In this document: positions 25,788 through 35,064 of the stretch, in pieces
Layout of the letters: every line of letters starts with the position of its first letter
Numbering within the stretch: the stretch's first letter is position 1
Source of the DNA: an uncultured Pseudomonadales bacterium
GTDB lineage: Bacteria > Patescibacteriota > Microgenomatia > UBA1400 > PJMF01
Assembly: GCA_964554155.1 (NCBI GenBank)
Contig: CAZKNL010000001.1
Span: forward strand, 25,998 to 65,626
Direction: 5' to 3'
Length of the DNA stretch: 39,629 nt
Program-made: the position numbers and the translations under genes
The notes under the pieces: model-generated
Database searches by the model: none
What the model saw: the letters and a program-made list of their open reading frames with translations, nothing else
Told to the model about the DNA's origin: nothing

Positions 25788-26786
25788 ATGAAACAAGAGC
25801 TTACATCCTCACTGAAATTTTTAGGTAGGTTGTGGGTAATTGTCACAGCTGTGATTGGTTCTTTTGTGGTACTCGGAATTGTTGGGTTGATTCTTTTGTT
25901 CAGTAAAGCAGACACTCATCATCAACCTAGTCTCACTCCTCTTTCACAAAAAGTGATTAAACAAGGCAGTGGTGGCAAAATTGCCATCTTGCGACTGGAA
26001 GGTCAAATTACTGAAGGTGAAGAACCAAGTCCATTGTCTGGTGGCAAATCGATCTCTTCAACTCGAGTGACGAAGATCCTCGATCAACTGGCTGATGATA
26101 GTGAAGTCAAAGCGGTGGTGCTCCGAATTGATAGCCCTGGTGGAGCAGTCGTTGCTTCTGATGAGATCTATCGGAGTGTGATTGCGTTGCAAAAAAAGAA
26201 AGTGGTTGTAGCAAGTCTCGGAGATGTGGCCGCATCAGGTGGATACTACATTGCAGTAGGTGCCAATCAAATTGTTGCTAATCCAGCCACAATCACTGGT
26301 TCGATTGGAGTGATTGCTCAGTTCCCAAAGCTCAGTGGTCTTTACGATAAAATCGGTCTAGAAATGAGAACATTTAAATCCGGGAAATTTAAAGATATTG
26401 GCTCTGAATCACGTGATTTGACAGAAGAAGAAAAAGCAATTCTCAACTCTATTATTAGCACAACATATGATCAATTTGTTGGTGTTGTTGCAACTGGTCG
26501 CAAAATGGATGAACAAAAAGTGAGAGTGCTTGCCGATGGCAGAATTTATTCGGGCAAGCAAGCAAAAGACCTTGGTTTAGTTGATGAAGTTGGAGACTTC
26601 AGCACGGCAGTGAATTCTGCAAGTAAGTTGGCAAAAGTCGATAGTCCAACATTGGTTGAGTACTCTGACCAAAGCTTTATTCAAGCAATTTTTGAGTCAC
26701 AAACAAAAAGACTTGACCTAACTGCTGAGTTGCGTCAATTAGTTCCCACCACCCAATTTGGGATGTTCTACTTGTGGGCACCGTAA
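25788..26786 (+). CDS. sppA: Signal peptide peptidase SppA (36K type)
   Basis: 332-aa ORF with an N-terminal TM helix and S49 motifs (VVLRIDSPGGAVVASDEIY, AASGGYYIA, GRIYSGKQAKDLGLVDEVG). Confidence 0.9.
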   Translation: MKQELTSSLKFLGRLWVIVTAVIGSFVVLGIVGLILLFSKADTHHQPSLTPLSQKVIKQGSGGKIAILRLEGQITEGEEPSPLSGGKSISSTRVTKILDQLADDSEVKAVVLRIDSPGGAVVASDEIYRSVIALQKKKVVVASLGDVAASGGYYIAVGANQIVANPATITGSIGVIAQFPKLSGLYDKIGLEMRTFKSGKFKDIGSESRDLTEEEKAILNSIISTTYDQFVGVVATGRKMDEQKVRVLADGRIYSGKQAKDLGLVDEVGDFSTAVNSASKLAKVDSPTLVEYSDQSFIQAIFESQTKRLDLTAELRQLVPTTQFGMFYLWAP

Positions 26787-27815
26787 TTAGCTCTTCAGCT
26801 TTTTGAGGATGTCAGCGGCAATGATTGGTCCAAATTGTCTAAAGCTAGCAATCCCACCATCTTGATGAAAATTGCGTCCCACAACTCCAGCTAAGTAGAG
26901 CCTTGGTTGACGTGTAGATTGATGAACATCATCCATACCTAAAAACGTTTCACGATCCTCACATTGTTCATCCACTAGTTCTTTAATCGGATCGACATTC
27001 GGCAAAAATCCAGTACAAATAATTGGACGATCTTTGGCAGTCAGTTTTTGACTGTCTTCGCTTTCCAAATAGTACATATCGCTATCTTTATAGATTCGTT
27101 TGACACGAAAATGTTCAACAATATCCACTAAACCTTGCATTGCTAGATCTTTGACAAACTGCATATTTTCTTTCCATAGACAGTCAATTGGATCAGGCAC
27201 TTTGTATTCACCAGAGACAACTAAAGTAATTTTTCTACCCGGTCGAGCTAACTGCATCACCACACCACTGGCGCCATTCGCACTGCCAACAACGGTAATT
27301 TCTTTCGCATCAATATCATCAAGATATGGCATCCGTGCGTAGTGAATGTAACAGCCTTCCATATCTAACTTTTCATTCGGCCGACTGTACATCCCGGCCG
27401 CCCAAACTAAAAATTTGGTAGATAAGACTCCATCATCACGGAGATAGACGTAAAACAGATTATCTTTGTAATCAGAGACCACATTGTCGACCATCGCATT
27501 TCTACGCACAGCAATATTTCTTTTCTCAGCAACATGTTGCAGATACTTTTGATACAGAATATGACTTGGGTGAGGAATATTTGGGAAAACTTCTGCTGTT
27601 CTGACTCCGGCAATCATATTTTCATCATCTTTACCCACACTGGTTGAAAGTAAGTGAGTATCTTCAGGATAATCTAACCACGCTTGGCCAACTTCTCCTC
27701 TATCGAGAACAAGTAGTTGATCAGCAGGCAACCCTCCATCTAACAATGCCCCTGCCACGGATAGCCCACCAGGACCTGCTCCGACAATGATAACGGTATA
27801 GGTTTTTTCTAACAT
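26787..27815 (-). CDS. FAD/NAD(P)-dependent oxidoreductase (flavin monooxygenase / YpdA-like)
   Basis: The Rossmann motif VIIVGAGPGGLS is present, with a degenerate second dinucleotide site ITVVGSANGASG. The start is taken at the ATG at 27815 (MLEKTYTV) to avoid overlap with the upstream ORF stop at 27829. Confidence 0.8.
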   Translation of the reverse strand: MLEKTYTVIIVGAGPGGLSVAGALLDGGLPADQLLVLDRGEVGQAWLDYPEDTHLLSTSVGKDDENMIAGVRTAEVFPNIPHPSHILYQKYLQHVAEKRNIAVRRNAMVDNVVSDYKDNLFYVYLRDDGVLSTKFLVWAAGMYSRPNEKLDMEGCYIHYARMPYLDDIDAKEITVVGSANGASGVVMQLARPGRKITLVVSGEYKVPDPIDCLWKENMQFVKDLAMQGLVDIVEHFRVKRIYKDSDMYYLESEDSQKLTAKDRPIICTGFLPNVDPIKELVDEQCEDRETFLGMDDVHQSTRQPRLYLAGVVGRNFHQDGGIASFRQFGPIIAADILKKLKS

Positions 27816-27828
27816 AGTTGCCTCAATC

Positions 27829-28467
27829 CTAGAGCTGCAAAAACTCCAGATCAATTGGGAACTTTTCTACAAACGTTTTGAGTAAACGTTGACCATTTGT
27901 TTGTTGAGGCTTTTTGTAGAGTAAGTACATTCCCATGGTTGTGCGGAGTTGTTCTTCATCAGTGGGATGAAAAATTAATTTAATAATGTGGAAAGTCGGG
28001 AAAATGACTCGTAAGTAAAGTACTTTACTTTGTCCCCGATCCTCAAACCAAAACTGACTGAGATCTGGCCAAAAGTAATATTTTTCCCCTGCTTTGACAC
28101 CTAAAGTCGTTACTAAACAGTCATAGTAAGTGGGCTGTGCATTCATCAAGATCACATACAATCCTGCGAGTGATGCAAACACCACAGCTACCCACAACTC
28201 TCCGAGTAAAAGGGTAATTACTATACAAAATAAGACAATTAAAAGCAGTTGAGCTTTTTCAGCAGGTGTTCGTCTACGTTCAATCTTACTGGGAGCTCGC
28301 CACTCAAAAAGGATTTTTTCTTGGACAACGTAACGATCAATTCCTAAGGGATCACGATAAAACTGTTCTGGGAAAGCTGCCAGCTTTTCCCGAGTAGTTA
28401 TCTGAGGCTGAGTATGTTGAGTTTTGTGGTTTAGTTTCTTTTTCTCGGTTCGCCGAACTTCTGGCAT
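27829..28467 (-). CDS. Hypothetical membrane protein (two TM helices plus a ~90-aa C-terminal domain)
   Basis: 212-aa ORF with a basic N-terminus and a TM hairpin (LLLIVLFCIVITLLLGELWVAVVFASLAGLYVIL). No family recognised. A bacterial PH-like fold is a guess only. Confidence 0.6.
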   Translation of the reverse strand: MPEVRRTEKKKLNHKTQHTQPQITTREKLAAFPEQFYRDPLGIDRYVVQEKILFEWRAPSKIERRRTPAEKAQLLLIVLFCIVITLLLGELWVAVVFASLAGLYVILMNAQPTYYDCLVTTLGVKAGEKYYFWPDLSQFWFEDRGQSKVLYLRVIFPTFHIIKLIFHPTDEEQLRTTMGMYLLYKKPQQTNGQRLLKTFVEKFPIDLEFLQL

Positions 28468-28476
28468 ACCTCCATC

Positions 28477-28869
28477 CTAGCGAAAATACGTCGTTGAAGC
28501 AAGATAACTAGAGATTCTCTTCAGAAAAACGTCTGGGGTGTACTCACTTTTGATTAAGCAACCGACTGCTCCAAACTGGAGTGCTGTTTCTTTTATTCGT
28601 GGTTGATCAAGGTTGGTCAGCAGGACAACTGGCACTGAGATCAATTGACGGAAACAACGTAAAACTTCCAATCCATTTTTATCGGGCAACATCACATCGA
28701 GCAAGATCAGGTCAAACTGATTGTTTTGTTTTTTCAATAAAATTTTTTCCGCTTGTGCAGCTGTTTGACAATGTACTACAGAGTATCCAGCTGCAGTTAA
28801 AAGATGCAAATATAATGGACCGAGTAGGTGGTCATCTTCAATGAGTAAGAGTGAATGACTTTTAGACAT
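28477..28869 (-). CDS. Stand-alone response-regulator receiver domain (CheY-like)
   Basis: 130-aa ORF with LLIEDD, LILLDVMLPDKNG and a conserved Lys region (CLIKS). It has no output domain. Confidence 0.85.
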   Translation of the reverse strand: MSKSHSLLLIEDDHLLGPLYLHLLTAAGYSVVHCQTAAQAEKILLKKQNNQFDLILLDVMLPDKNGLEVLRCFRQLISVPVVLLTNLDQPRIKETALQFGAVGCLIKSEYTPDVFLKRISSYLASTTYFR

Positions 28870-28874
28870 TTGAG

Positions 28875-29594
28875 TTATGAGGACGTTGTACGCGGGAGCT
28901 TCAAAGTAAAAGTTGCACCTTTGCCTTCTTCTGAAGAGAAAGTTATCTGACCGTGATGAAGTTGGGCAAACTGTTGGGCAATGTATAAACCTAATCCTGT
29001 TGCCTGTTCAGCAGATGTTTGATAGGAGTTTCTAATTACCCCAAATTTTTGAAATAGTTGTCCTTGATCGGCTTGAGCAATCCCCGGACCCTGATCTGCC
29101 ACACTGACTACAAAATTACCACCGTCGACACTCAGAGTGATTAAGACTACTCCGTGTATTGGTGAAAACTTAATTGCATTACTCACTAAATTCTGCAAAG
29201 TTTCGCTGATCTTAGTTCTATCAATCCTGCATGATGAATCAGTTGTTTGATTTTTAAAAGCAAATGTGACTTGTTTTTCTTGAGCCTGATAATTTAACTC
29301 ACGGAGAATCTGGGTAATAACTTTGTGTAATTGATGAGTTTCTAACTTACTTGCGATTTTGCCAGCTTCTAGCTGTGAAATTATCAATAATTCTTTGACC
29401 AGTTCCAGTAAGCGTTCAGTTGCTAAATATGCAGCGTGAAGTTGTGGAGATATTGCTTTTGGAAGTTGACACGGCGGACGAAACAAACATAACCACAGAT
29501 AACTTCGAATAACAGTCATTGGTGTTCGCAGTTCATGTGCAGCAATTGAAACAAACTCGTCTGGAGTAGCTATTTTGTGCGAAATTGATTGCAT
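28875..29594 (-). CDS. Soluble histidine kinase core (DHp plus CA only)
   Basis: 239-aa ORF. The H-box IAAHELRTPMT sits at residue ~20. The N, G1 and G2 boxes are present (NLVSNAIKFS, DQGPGI, GLGLYIA). It has no TM helix and no sensor domain. Confidence 0.85.
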   Translation of the reverse strand: MQSISHKIATPDEFVSIAAHELRTPMTVIRSYLWLCLFRPPCQLPKAISPQLHAAYLATERLLELVKELLIISQLEAGKIASKLETHQLHKVITQILRELNYQAQEKQVTFAFKNQTTDSSCRIDRTKISETLQNLVSNAIKFSPIHGVVLITLSVDGGNFVVSVADQGPGIAQADQGQLFQKFGVIRNSYQTSAEQATGLGLYIAQQFAQLHHGQITFSSEEGKGATFTLKLPRTTSS

Positions 29595-29697
29595 GTGATA
29601 CTTTTTATTATAAAAAGAGCATCAAGGTGCAGTGAATATGTTGCATCTTGACTAATCAAGCTTTTTTGTCTATTCAGAAAAGACAAAGTCTAGACAT

Positions 29698-30087
29698 TTA
29701 AGGGAAAATCATCATCAATAATTGCCAAATTCGAGGAAAGAAAATGAGTACTCCAATACAGCTTGCCGCGAGTGCCATTACCAACACTGCTCCTGCTGCA
29801 ACATCCCTAGCTCTCCGAGAAGAGGCATACGGGACACCAACTTCATCTCTGATTGAGTTACACACTTCTTCAATGGCAGTATTCATCAATTCAGCAGAAA
29901 TGACCAAACCTATTGCCAGAATAATAAAGAGCCACTCAAGTAAAGAAATTTGAAAGAAAAAAGAGAGGAAGAGGACTACGCCCATCGCAACAGCATGGAC
30001 CTGCATATTACGCTCTTGAAAACCACTGACTATCCCCTTACTCGCGTAGTCGAAACTCTTAAGTACCTTGAAGATAAACGTATCCAT
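29698..30087 (-). CDS. dgkA: Diacylglycerol / undecaprenol kinase (DgkA family)
   Basis: 129-aa ORF with 3 TM helices and DgkA-like motifs (ERNMQVH, ELMNTAIEEVCN, ARDVAAGAVL). Its ATG overlaps the upstream stop (TAATG). Confidence 0.85.
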   Translation of the reverse strand: MDTFIFKVLKSFDYASKGIVSGFQERNMQVHAVAMGVVLFLSFFFQISLLEWLFIILAIGLVISAELMNTAIEEVCNSIRDEVGVPYASSRRARDVAAGAVLVMALAASCIGVLIFFPRIWQLLMMIFP

Positions 30088-30350
30088 TATTGTAAATCCG
30101 ACCCATTCAAGTCATTTGGATTGTTCGCTTTAATAGATGCATCCATTTCAGTTAACGCTTTATCAACTTCTTTATCCAAAGACCCTTGAGTGACTGTTGA
30201 AGCTGGTGAAGGTGTCGGTGATGGTTGCGGTGAAACCTGATAGTTCGTCATTCTCGGTTGACAAGCTGCCAAAGCTAAACCAGTAATAACCGAAAATGCA
30301 ATAATTTTGATATGTAATCCATACTCAGAGGCCGTTGTTTTTTTTGGCAT
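30087..30350 (-). CDS. Small lipoprotein with a Pro/Ser-rich linker
   Basis: 87-aa ORF with a signal peptide and lipobox (GLALAAC), then SPQPSPTPSPAS. It appears translationally coupled to dgkA. Confidence 0.6.
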   Translation of the reverse strand: MPKKTTASEYGLHIKIIAFSVITGLALAACQPRMTNYQVSPQPSPTPSPASTVTQGSLDKEVDKALTEMDASIKANNPNDLNGSDLQ

Positions 30351-30409
30351 ACGATTACTCCTCGTAGATAACTCTATCCATCATACACATATATCTGAGT
30401 CAGTTGGAA

Positions 30410-30427
30410 GGGGCTACTGTGAGCCCC
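30410..30427 (-). terminator. GC hairpin between the secreted-protein gene and the lipoprotein gene (weak terminator candidate)
   Basis: ggggct (30410..30415) pairs with agcccc (30422..30427) around a 6-nt loop. On the minus strand it is followed only by TTCC, so the U-tract is poor. Confidence 0.3.
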
Positions 30428-30479
30428 CTCCTCTGCGCGGATAAGGAGTACAGGTCCTGAATATTCTTCGCCTCACAGA

Positions 30480-31064
30480 CTATTTAGTTTTAGTTGTACG
30501 GAGCGCCTGAATTTCAGGTCTGACCGTATTCTGATAGTAGCTGCGGACATCGAGCATTGTTTTGTGAGCTGTTTGGGCGAGTTCTCGAGCTTTCTTGATC
30601 TCTTCAACATACTTACCATGTGACTCACCGCAGGCATATTGCTGAGCAACTTTAAGCTGGGCAATGACTGCTTTGACTTGTTGGTCAAGTGTGGTGATTT
30701 TTTCGTCCAGGGTCTTTACCACAGCTTCAAGTTTCGTAGTATCTTTACCTTGTGCTTGTGCTTTGGTAATGACTTCTTTGACTTTCTGACTAATTTTTTG
30801 ATAGTTACGAACATGAACGGGATACGCAACGTCATACTTCCCTACAATATTTGTGACTCGAGTCTCCGAAACAGCACAGCGACGTTCAATTGCTTGTTTT
30901 GCCCGAGGGGTGAGCATCACTTTATCACTCTCGGCTCTTTCCGTTTTCTCAGCTTTTTCGGTTCTTTCAGCTTTAGTAAAGCTCTCAGTTTTAGCAAATA
31001 TAGAGCTGGTGGAAACTACCAAACTCGTACCTACCAAAAAAGAAATCAGGAGTTGTTTTTTCAT
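30480..31064 (-). CDS. Secreted all-alpha/coiled-coil protein, unknown function
   Basis: The start is taken at the ATG at 31064 (MKKQLLISFLVGTSLVVSTSSIFA signal peptide). A KAERTEKAEKTERAE repeat follows, then a heptad-like region with two Cys. Confidence 0.6.
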   Translation of the reverse strand: MKKQLLISFLVGTSLVVSTSSIFAKTESFTKAERTEKAEKTERAESDKVMLTPRAKQAIERRCAVSETRVTNIVGKYDVAYPVHVRNYQKISQKVKEVITKAQAQGKDTTKLEAVVKTLDEKITTLDQQVKAVIAQLKVAQQYACGESHGKYVEEIKKARELAQTAHKTMLDVRSYYQNTVRPEIQALRTTKTK

Positions 31065-31195
31065 CTTATTCCTTTGACACAAGCAGATAATTTTTGTTGC
31101 GCGTGTCATCCCCGAAGGGGATCCTTATAAAGAAATTTTAGCTGATTAGTTTAAGAAAATCCTAAGAATCACTACACCTGAAGTGTGTAAACTCC

Positions 31196-32224
31196 CTATC
31201 TTGGTAGCCGGACGATCACTTGAGTCCCACCACCCGCCTTGCTTTTAATTTGAATTGAGCCATCTGCAGATTCCACCAATTTTTGAGCAATAGTCAAACC
31301 TAAACCTGCTCCTTTAGTAACTGATCCATCCATCCGTCGAACTCGATAGAATCTTTCAAAAATATGCGGCAAATCTATTTCGGGAATACCCACCCCAGTG
31401 TCAGTAATTGTTAATACTCCGTTTTTCCGTTCACTACTTACTACCAAATGAATTTTTCCACCTAGAGGCGTGTATTTGATTGCATTATCGAGCAAAATTA
31501 AACATATTTGTTTGAATTCAGTAGACCCAATTCGTATATGAGTAGAAGCCTCAAAATGGGTAACCAACTTTATTTTTTTAGAAGCGGCCAACGGTTTCAT
31601 TTGTTTGACTGACTCTTCTGCTACCTGATTCATCTTGACCAGTGAAAGATGTCTCGGTGGAATGTTTTCTGCATCCTGGCGGACTAAAGTAAGTAACCCA
31701 CTGACAATTTGTTGCATCCGCTCAACTTCTTGTTGAATACTTTGCAGTACTCTCTTGATCGGTTCAGGTAAGCGTTTGTAGGTTTTTTGGATGGCAACAA
31801 TTTCCATTGAGATGGTAGTTAATGGTGTTCGGAGTTCATGCGAAGCATCTGCTGCAAACTCTTCTTGTCGTTCCATGTTCTCTCGGATTGAGTGCAAACT
31901 ATATCCACTAAGTAAATAGCTTGCCACACCACCTCCTAACAGGAGAACAATATTTACCACTAATAACCGTTCTTTAAATGCAGTTTCAAACTGTTCTAAA
32001 CGTTGGCCGAGAATTCGGGCAACCGCCTGACGCTCTGTTCGTTGGGCCTGTGCCTCCAGCACACTCAATACTCGACCAACTGCATAGTGTTGGGCATTTA
32101 AGGCTGCTACTGAAAAAATCATCACAATTGAGCCACTAATGATTAAGTAAATCAGGGTCAACTTTAAACGTGTTCTATCAAATTGACGCGCTAAAAATGA
32201 CTTGTTCATTTCTCTTTCTTTCAT
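31196..32224 (-). CDS. Membrane histidine kinase with a very short extracytoplasmic loop
   Basis: It has two TM helices about 45 aa apart, the H-box ADASHELRTPLT and an HATPase_c domain (DNAIKYT, DTGVGI, GLGLTIA). The start at 32224 has GAAGG upstream and sits 1 nt after the regulator stop. ATG 32236 is an alternative start. Confidence 0.85.
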   Translation of the reverse strand: MKEREMNKSFLARQFDRTRLKLTLIYLIISGSIVMIFSVAALNAQHYAVGRVLSVLEAQAQRTERQAVARILGQRLEQFETAFKERLLVVNIVLLLGGGVASYLLSGYSLHSIRENMERQEEFAADASHELRTPLTTISMEIVAIQKTYKRLPEPIKRVLQSIQQEVERMQQIVSGLLTLVRQDAENIPPRHLSLVKMNQVAEESVKQMKPLAASKKIKLVTHFEASTHIRIGSTEFKQICLILLDNAIKYTPLGGKIHLVVSSERKNGVLTITDTGVGIPEIDLPHIFERFYRVRRMDGSVTKGAGLGLTIAQKLVESADGSIQIKSKAGGGTQVIVRLPR

Positions 32225-32225
32225 T

Positions 32226-32909
32226 TCAGCCTTCATCAGTAAATAAATACCCACGACCTTTGAATGTCTTCAATAATTTTTTTTGTTGTGGAAAAGCCTT
32301 ATCAATTTTGGCACGAATATAACCAATGTATACATCTACAACTCCCGAAAATGGATCTGCATGTTCATCCCACACATGTTCAAACAGTTGAGTTCTGGTC
32401 AAAATTTGCCGTGGATGACGCAAAAAAAACTCCAGCAATGCATATTCTTTTGGCGTCAACTCAATGGACTGACCCGCTCGATTAACTTGCTGTGTGGCAG
32501 GATTAAGTTCTAATGTATCTAACTGTAAAACCGGCTGCGCTTTCCCAGATATTGAACGACGTAAAAGAGCACGGACTCGAGCAAGCAATTCATCAAAGTC
32601 AAATGGCTTGACTAAGTAATCATCCCCACCACTATCTAATCCAGTCACTTTATCTTTGGCAGTATCACGCGCAGTTAAAAACAAGATTGGTGTGTGAATA
32701 CCTTCATCACGCAACAGCTTAGTAACTGCAAACCCATCTTGAAGGGGTAGACCGACATCTAAAACCAACAGATCATAGTTCTCAACACTCGCTTTCTCAA
32801 AACCAGTTTGGCCATCAAACGCGATATCAACAGCATACCGTTCTACTTCTAAAGCTTTTTTGAGAGAGAGCGCAAGTTTCCGTTCGTCTTCAACAACTAA
32901 GAGCCGCAT
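32226..32909 (-). CDS. OmpR/PhoB-family response regulator
   Basis: 227-aa ORF with a receiver domain (LLVVEDE, LLVLDVGLP, DDYLVKPF) and a winged-helix domain (LTPKEYALLEFFLRHP, GRGY). Confidence 0.92.
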   Translation of the reverse strand: MRLLVVEDERKLALSLKKALEVERYAVDIAFDGQTGFEKASVENYDLLVLDVGLPLQDGFAVTKLLRDEGIHTPILFLTARDTAKDKVTGLDSGGDDYLVKPFDFDELLARVRALLRRSISGKAQPVLQLDTLELNPATQQVNRAGQSIELTPKEYALLEFFLRHPRQILTRTQLFEHVWDEHADPFSGVVDVYIGYIRAKIDKAFPQQKKLLKTFKGRGYLFTDEG

Positions 32910-32927
32910 GTATTGATGCTCCCATGT

Positions 32928-34106
32928 TTATTTTTGTTGAGTTACCGGTTGAGCTGAACTTGTAGCTGTTGCTGAAGGAGTCGCTAATTCTGGATGACGT
33001 AGTTTCTGTAACTCTTCTTGTATCCATGTGTGTATGGTATCCCACTTATCTATACCTTCGCGCGGCATTACAATACTTTGACCATTTGGACTCCGACCAA
33101 GCTTCAAAACATTATCCTCACTGAGTGCCATAGTAGTTATTTTGTAGTTACCTAAATCTTGTCGATATTTTAAGACTTCTTGCATAGTATTAATGTCATA
33201 GTCGGTCTTTAAGTCTTCTGATAATGAATTAATAAAGGGAATAATTTTCGGGAAAAAGTCTAAGCGAAAAACCCGATCTTTGACTGCAATCAGTAAATTC
33301 CGTTGACGAGCCGCCCGACCAAAGTCAGTTCCATCCTGCAGAGAGTGGCGGGAACGAACATACTTTAATGCAGTTTGACCATCCATATGAGTCATCCCTT
33401 TATCAAAGTGGAGGTTCTCATAACGACAAGGGAAATCCTTCTCTGCCACTGACGCGGACATTGTTGCGTAGACTTGTAGTTCTTCAGCAGTTTTTCCACA
33501 AGGATCATCTTCTTTTCCCTCAATCGGATATAAAGGATCATTAAAAGTTTTTTCAACACTCACATCTACACCACCTAAAACATCAATTGATTTGCGGAAA
33601 CCGCTAAAATTGATCGTTACAAACTTATCAACTTCTAAGCCTGTTGCCTGTTTGACTGCAAACTTTGCCAATTGGCCACCGCCAGCTGGCCCAGTGTACT
33701 CAATAGGTTTGTGACGATATCCTCTGTCATCAGAACCAATTGCATATGCCGCATTAATTTTCCAACCAGAAAGTTGATCTCCATTTACCGGTAACTCCAC
33801 CCACAAATCACGTGGTAAGGAAAACAAAGTGATTGTTTTGGTCGGTGGATCAATAATTGCTAACATCATCGTATCAGTTAATAAACCACCTTGATGTCCC
33901 CCGCCACCGTAACCCATTAAGAGAGTTGTTTGCGTTCTCCCTTGGTTAAATACATCAGGAATTGGTGAACTGGTTGGAGTTGGGGTAGGTTGTTTTCCCC
34001 AGGGTTTAACGATTATCCGATTGTATGTACTATAAAAATAGGTTGCTGCTGCAGTGATAATGAATACACAGACTAAAAAAATAGTGAAAACAATTTTTTT
34101 CCACAT
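32928..34106 (-). CDS. LytR-CpsA-Psr (LCP) family protein
   Basis: It has an N-terminal TM helix and LCP motifs (TDTMMLAIID, LFSLPRDLWVELP, ALKYVRSRH). The start is taken at the ATG at 34106 (MWKKIVF), after the surE stop at 34114. Confidence 0.85.
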   Translation of the reverse strand: MWKKIVFTIFLVCVFIITAAATYFYSTYNRIIVKPWGKQPTPTPTSSPIPDVFNQGRTQTTLLMGYGGGGHQGGLLTDTMMLAIIDPPTKTITLFSLPRDLWVELPVNGDQLSGWKINAAYAIGSDDRGYRHKPIEYTGPAGGGQLAKFAVKQATGLEVDKFVTINFSGFRKSIDVLGGVDVSVEKTFNDPLYPIEGKEDDPCGKTAEELQVYATMSASVAEKDFPCRYENLHFDKGMTHMDGQTALKYVRSRHSLQDGTDFGRAARQRNLLIAVKDRVFRLDFFPKIIPFINSLSEDLKTDYDINTMQEVLKYRQDLGNYKITTMALSEDNVLKLGRSPNGQSIVMPREGIDKWDTIHTWIQEELQKLRHPELATPSATATSSAQPVTQQK

Positions 34107-34113
34107 AGTAGAG

Positions 34114-34917
34114 TTACTTAAGGTTGATCTGCATTTGGTGAATTTTTTGGTATGTTGATGTATCAAGCATATCTATAGTACATGGCGAAATAGAAATATG
34201 ACCATCGCTGAGCGCTCGCACATCATACATCGGATCAGCAGTTGTCGAAAATATGCGACGACCCTTATACATATAGTGACCTTCTTTCCCAGTTACTTTT
34301 TGGTCAGATTGATAAATCTTTCGCACATTTTGCATCAATTTTGTGACTTTGACTGTGTTTGTCGGACTGTGGGGGAAGTTAATATTTAACATTTGGGCAC
34401 CCCATAGTCTATTTTCAATCGATAGCTCTAAAAGTTGAGTGAGTGCTTTGCCGGGATACTCAAAGTACTCTTCTAAAGAATGTTTGACATTGTGATGCAT
34501 TAAGTAAAATTCAGGTGGTAAATCCCAACTGACAGCAATGGCCTGTTGAGTCATATTTCTCATCACAGCACCAATTGCGGCATTGATTGTGCCAGAACCA
34601 TACACTGCTGAACCAATATTCGCTCCCCAATTCAGTCCAGTAATTGTTAGATCAAACGGTTTTTGATCGTAACTGCTCATTAACTCCATCGCATCAACTG
34701 GACTTCCTTCTACCCAAAATGCTTTGACGCCATCCACTTCAGTGACTCCCCAGTTAAAACCAGCAGACAGAGACACGCCACCACCAACTCCAGATTGTTG
34801 TGTAACTGTTCCAGCAATCGTCAGATCGTATTTGTCTTTGAGCGCGTGGATAAGTAAGCGAGTACCAATGGATTGATACCCATCATCACCAGTTAAGAGA
34901 ATTCTGCGCAGCGACAT
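34114..34917 (-). CDS. surE: 5'/3'-nucleotidase SurE
   Basis: 267-aa ORF with RILLTGDDGYQS, GSPVDAM and GLNWGANIGSAVYGSGTINAAIGA, which are SurE-like. Confidence 0.85.
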   Translation of the reverse strand: MSLRRILLTGDDGYQSIGTRLLIHALKDKYDLTIAGTVTQQSGVGGGVSLSAGFNWGVTEVDGVKAFWVEGSPVDAMELMSSYDQKPFDLTITGLNWGANIGSAVYGSGTINAAIGAVMRNMTQQAIAVSWDLPPEFYLMHHNVKHSLEEYFEYPGKALTQLLELSIENRLWGAQMLNINFPHSPTNTVKVTKLMQNVRKIYQSDQKVTGKEGHYMYKGRRIFSTTADPMYDVRALSDGHISISPCTIDMLDTSTYQKIHQMQINLK

Positions 34918-34960
34918 ATCTGCTCCATTGTATGGGTGGAACTGGATTTATCAACCATAT

Positions 34961-35046
34961 AAATCTCTTTCTTTCTTCCATTCTGAGGCTCCCATACCTT
35001 TCCCAATACTCAATGGATCCTCAAGGTGAAAAAAAGAAAGAGATTT
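34961..35046. repeat. 14-bp inverted repeat with a 58-nt spacer in the divergent surE / mscL intergenic region
   Basis: aaatctctttcttt (about 34961..34974) is the reverse complement of aaagaaagagattt (about 35033..35046). The spacer contains ATACTCAATG, also present in the loop of the 23555..23624 repeat. Confidence 0.7.
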
Positions 35047-35064
35047 GTTACACTGTGTCTACGT

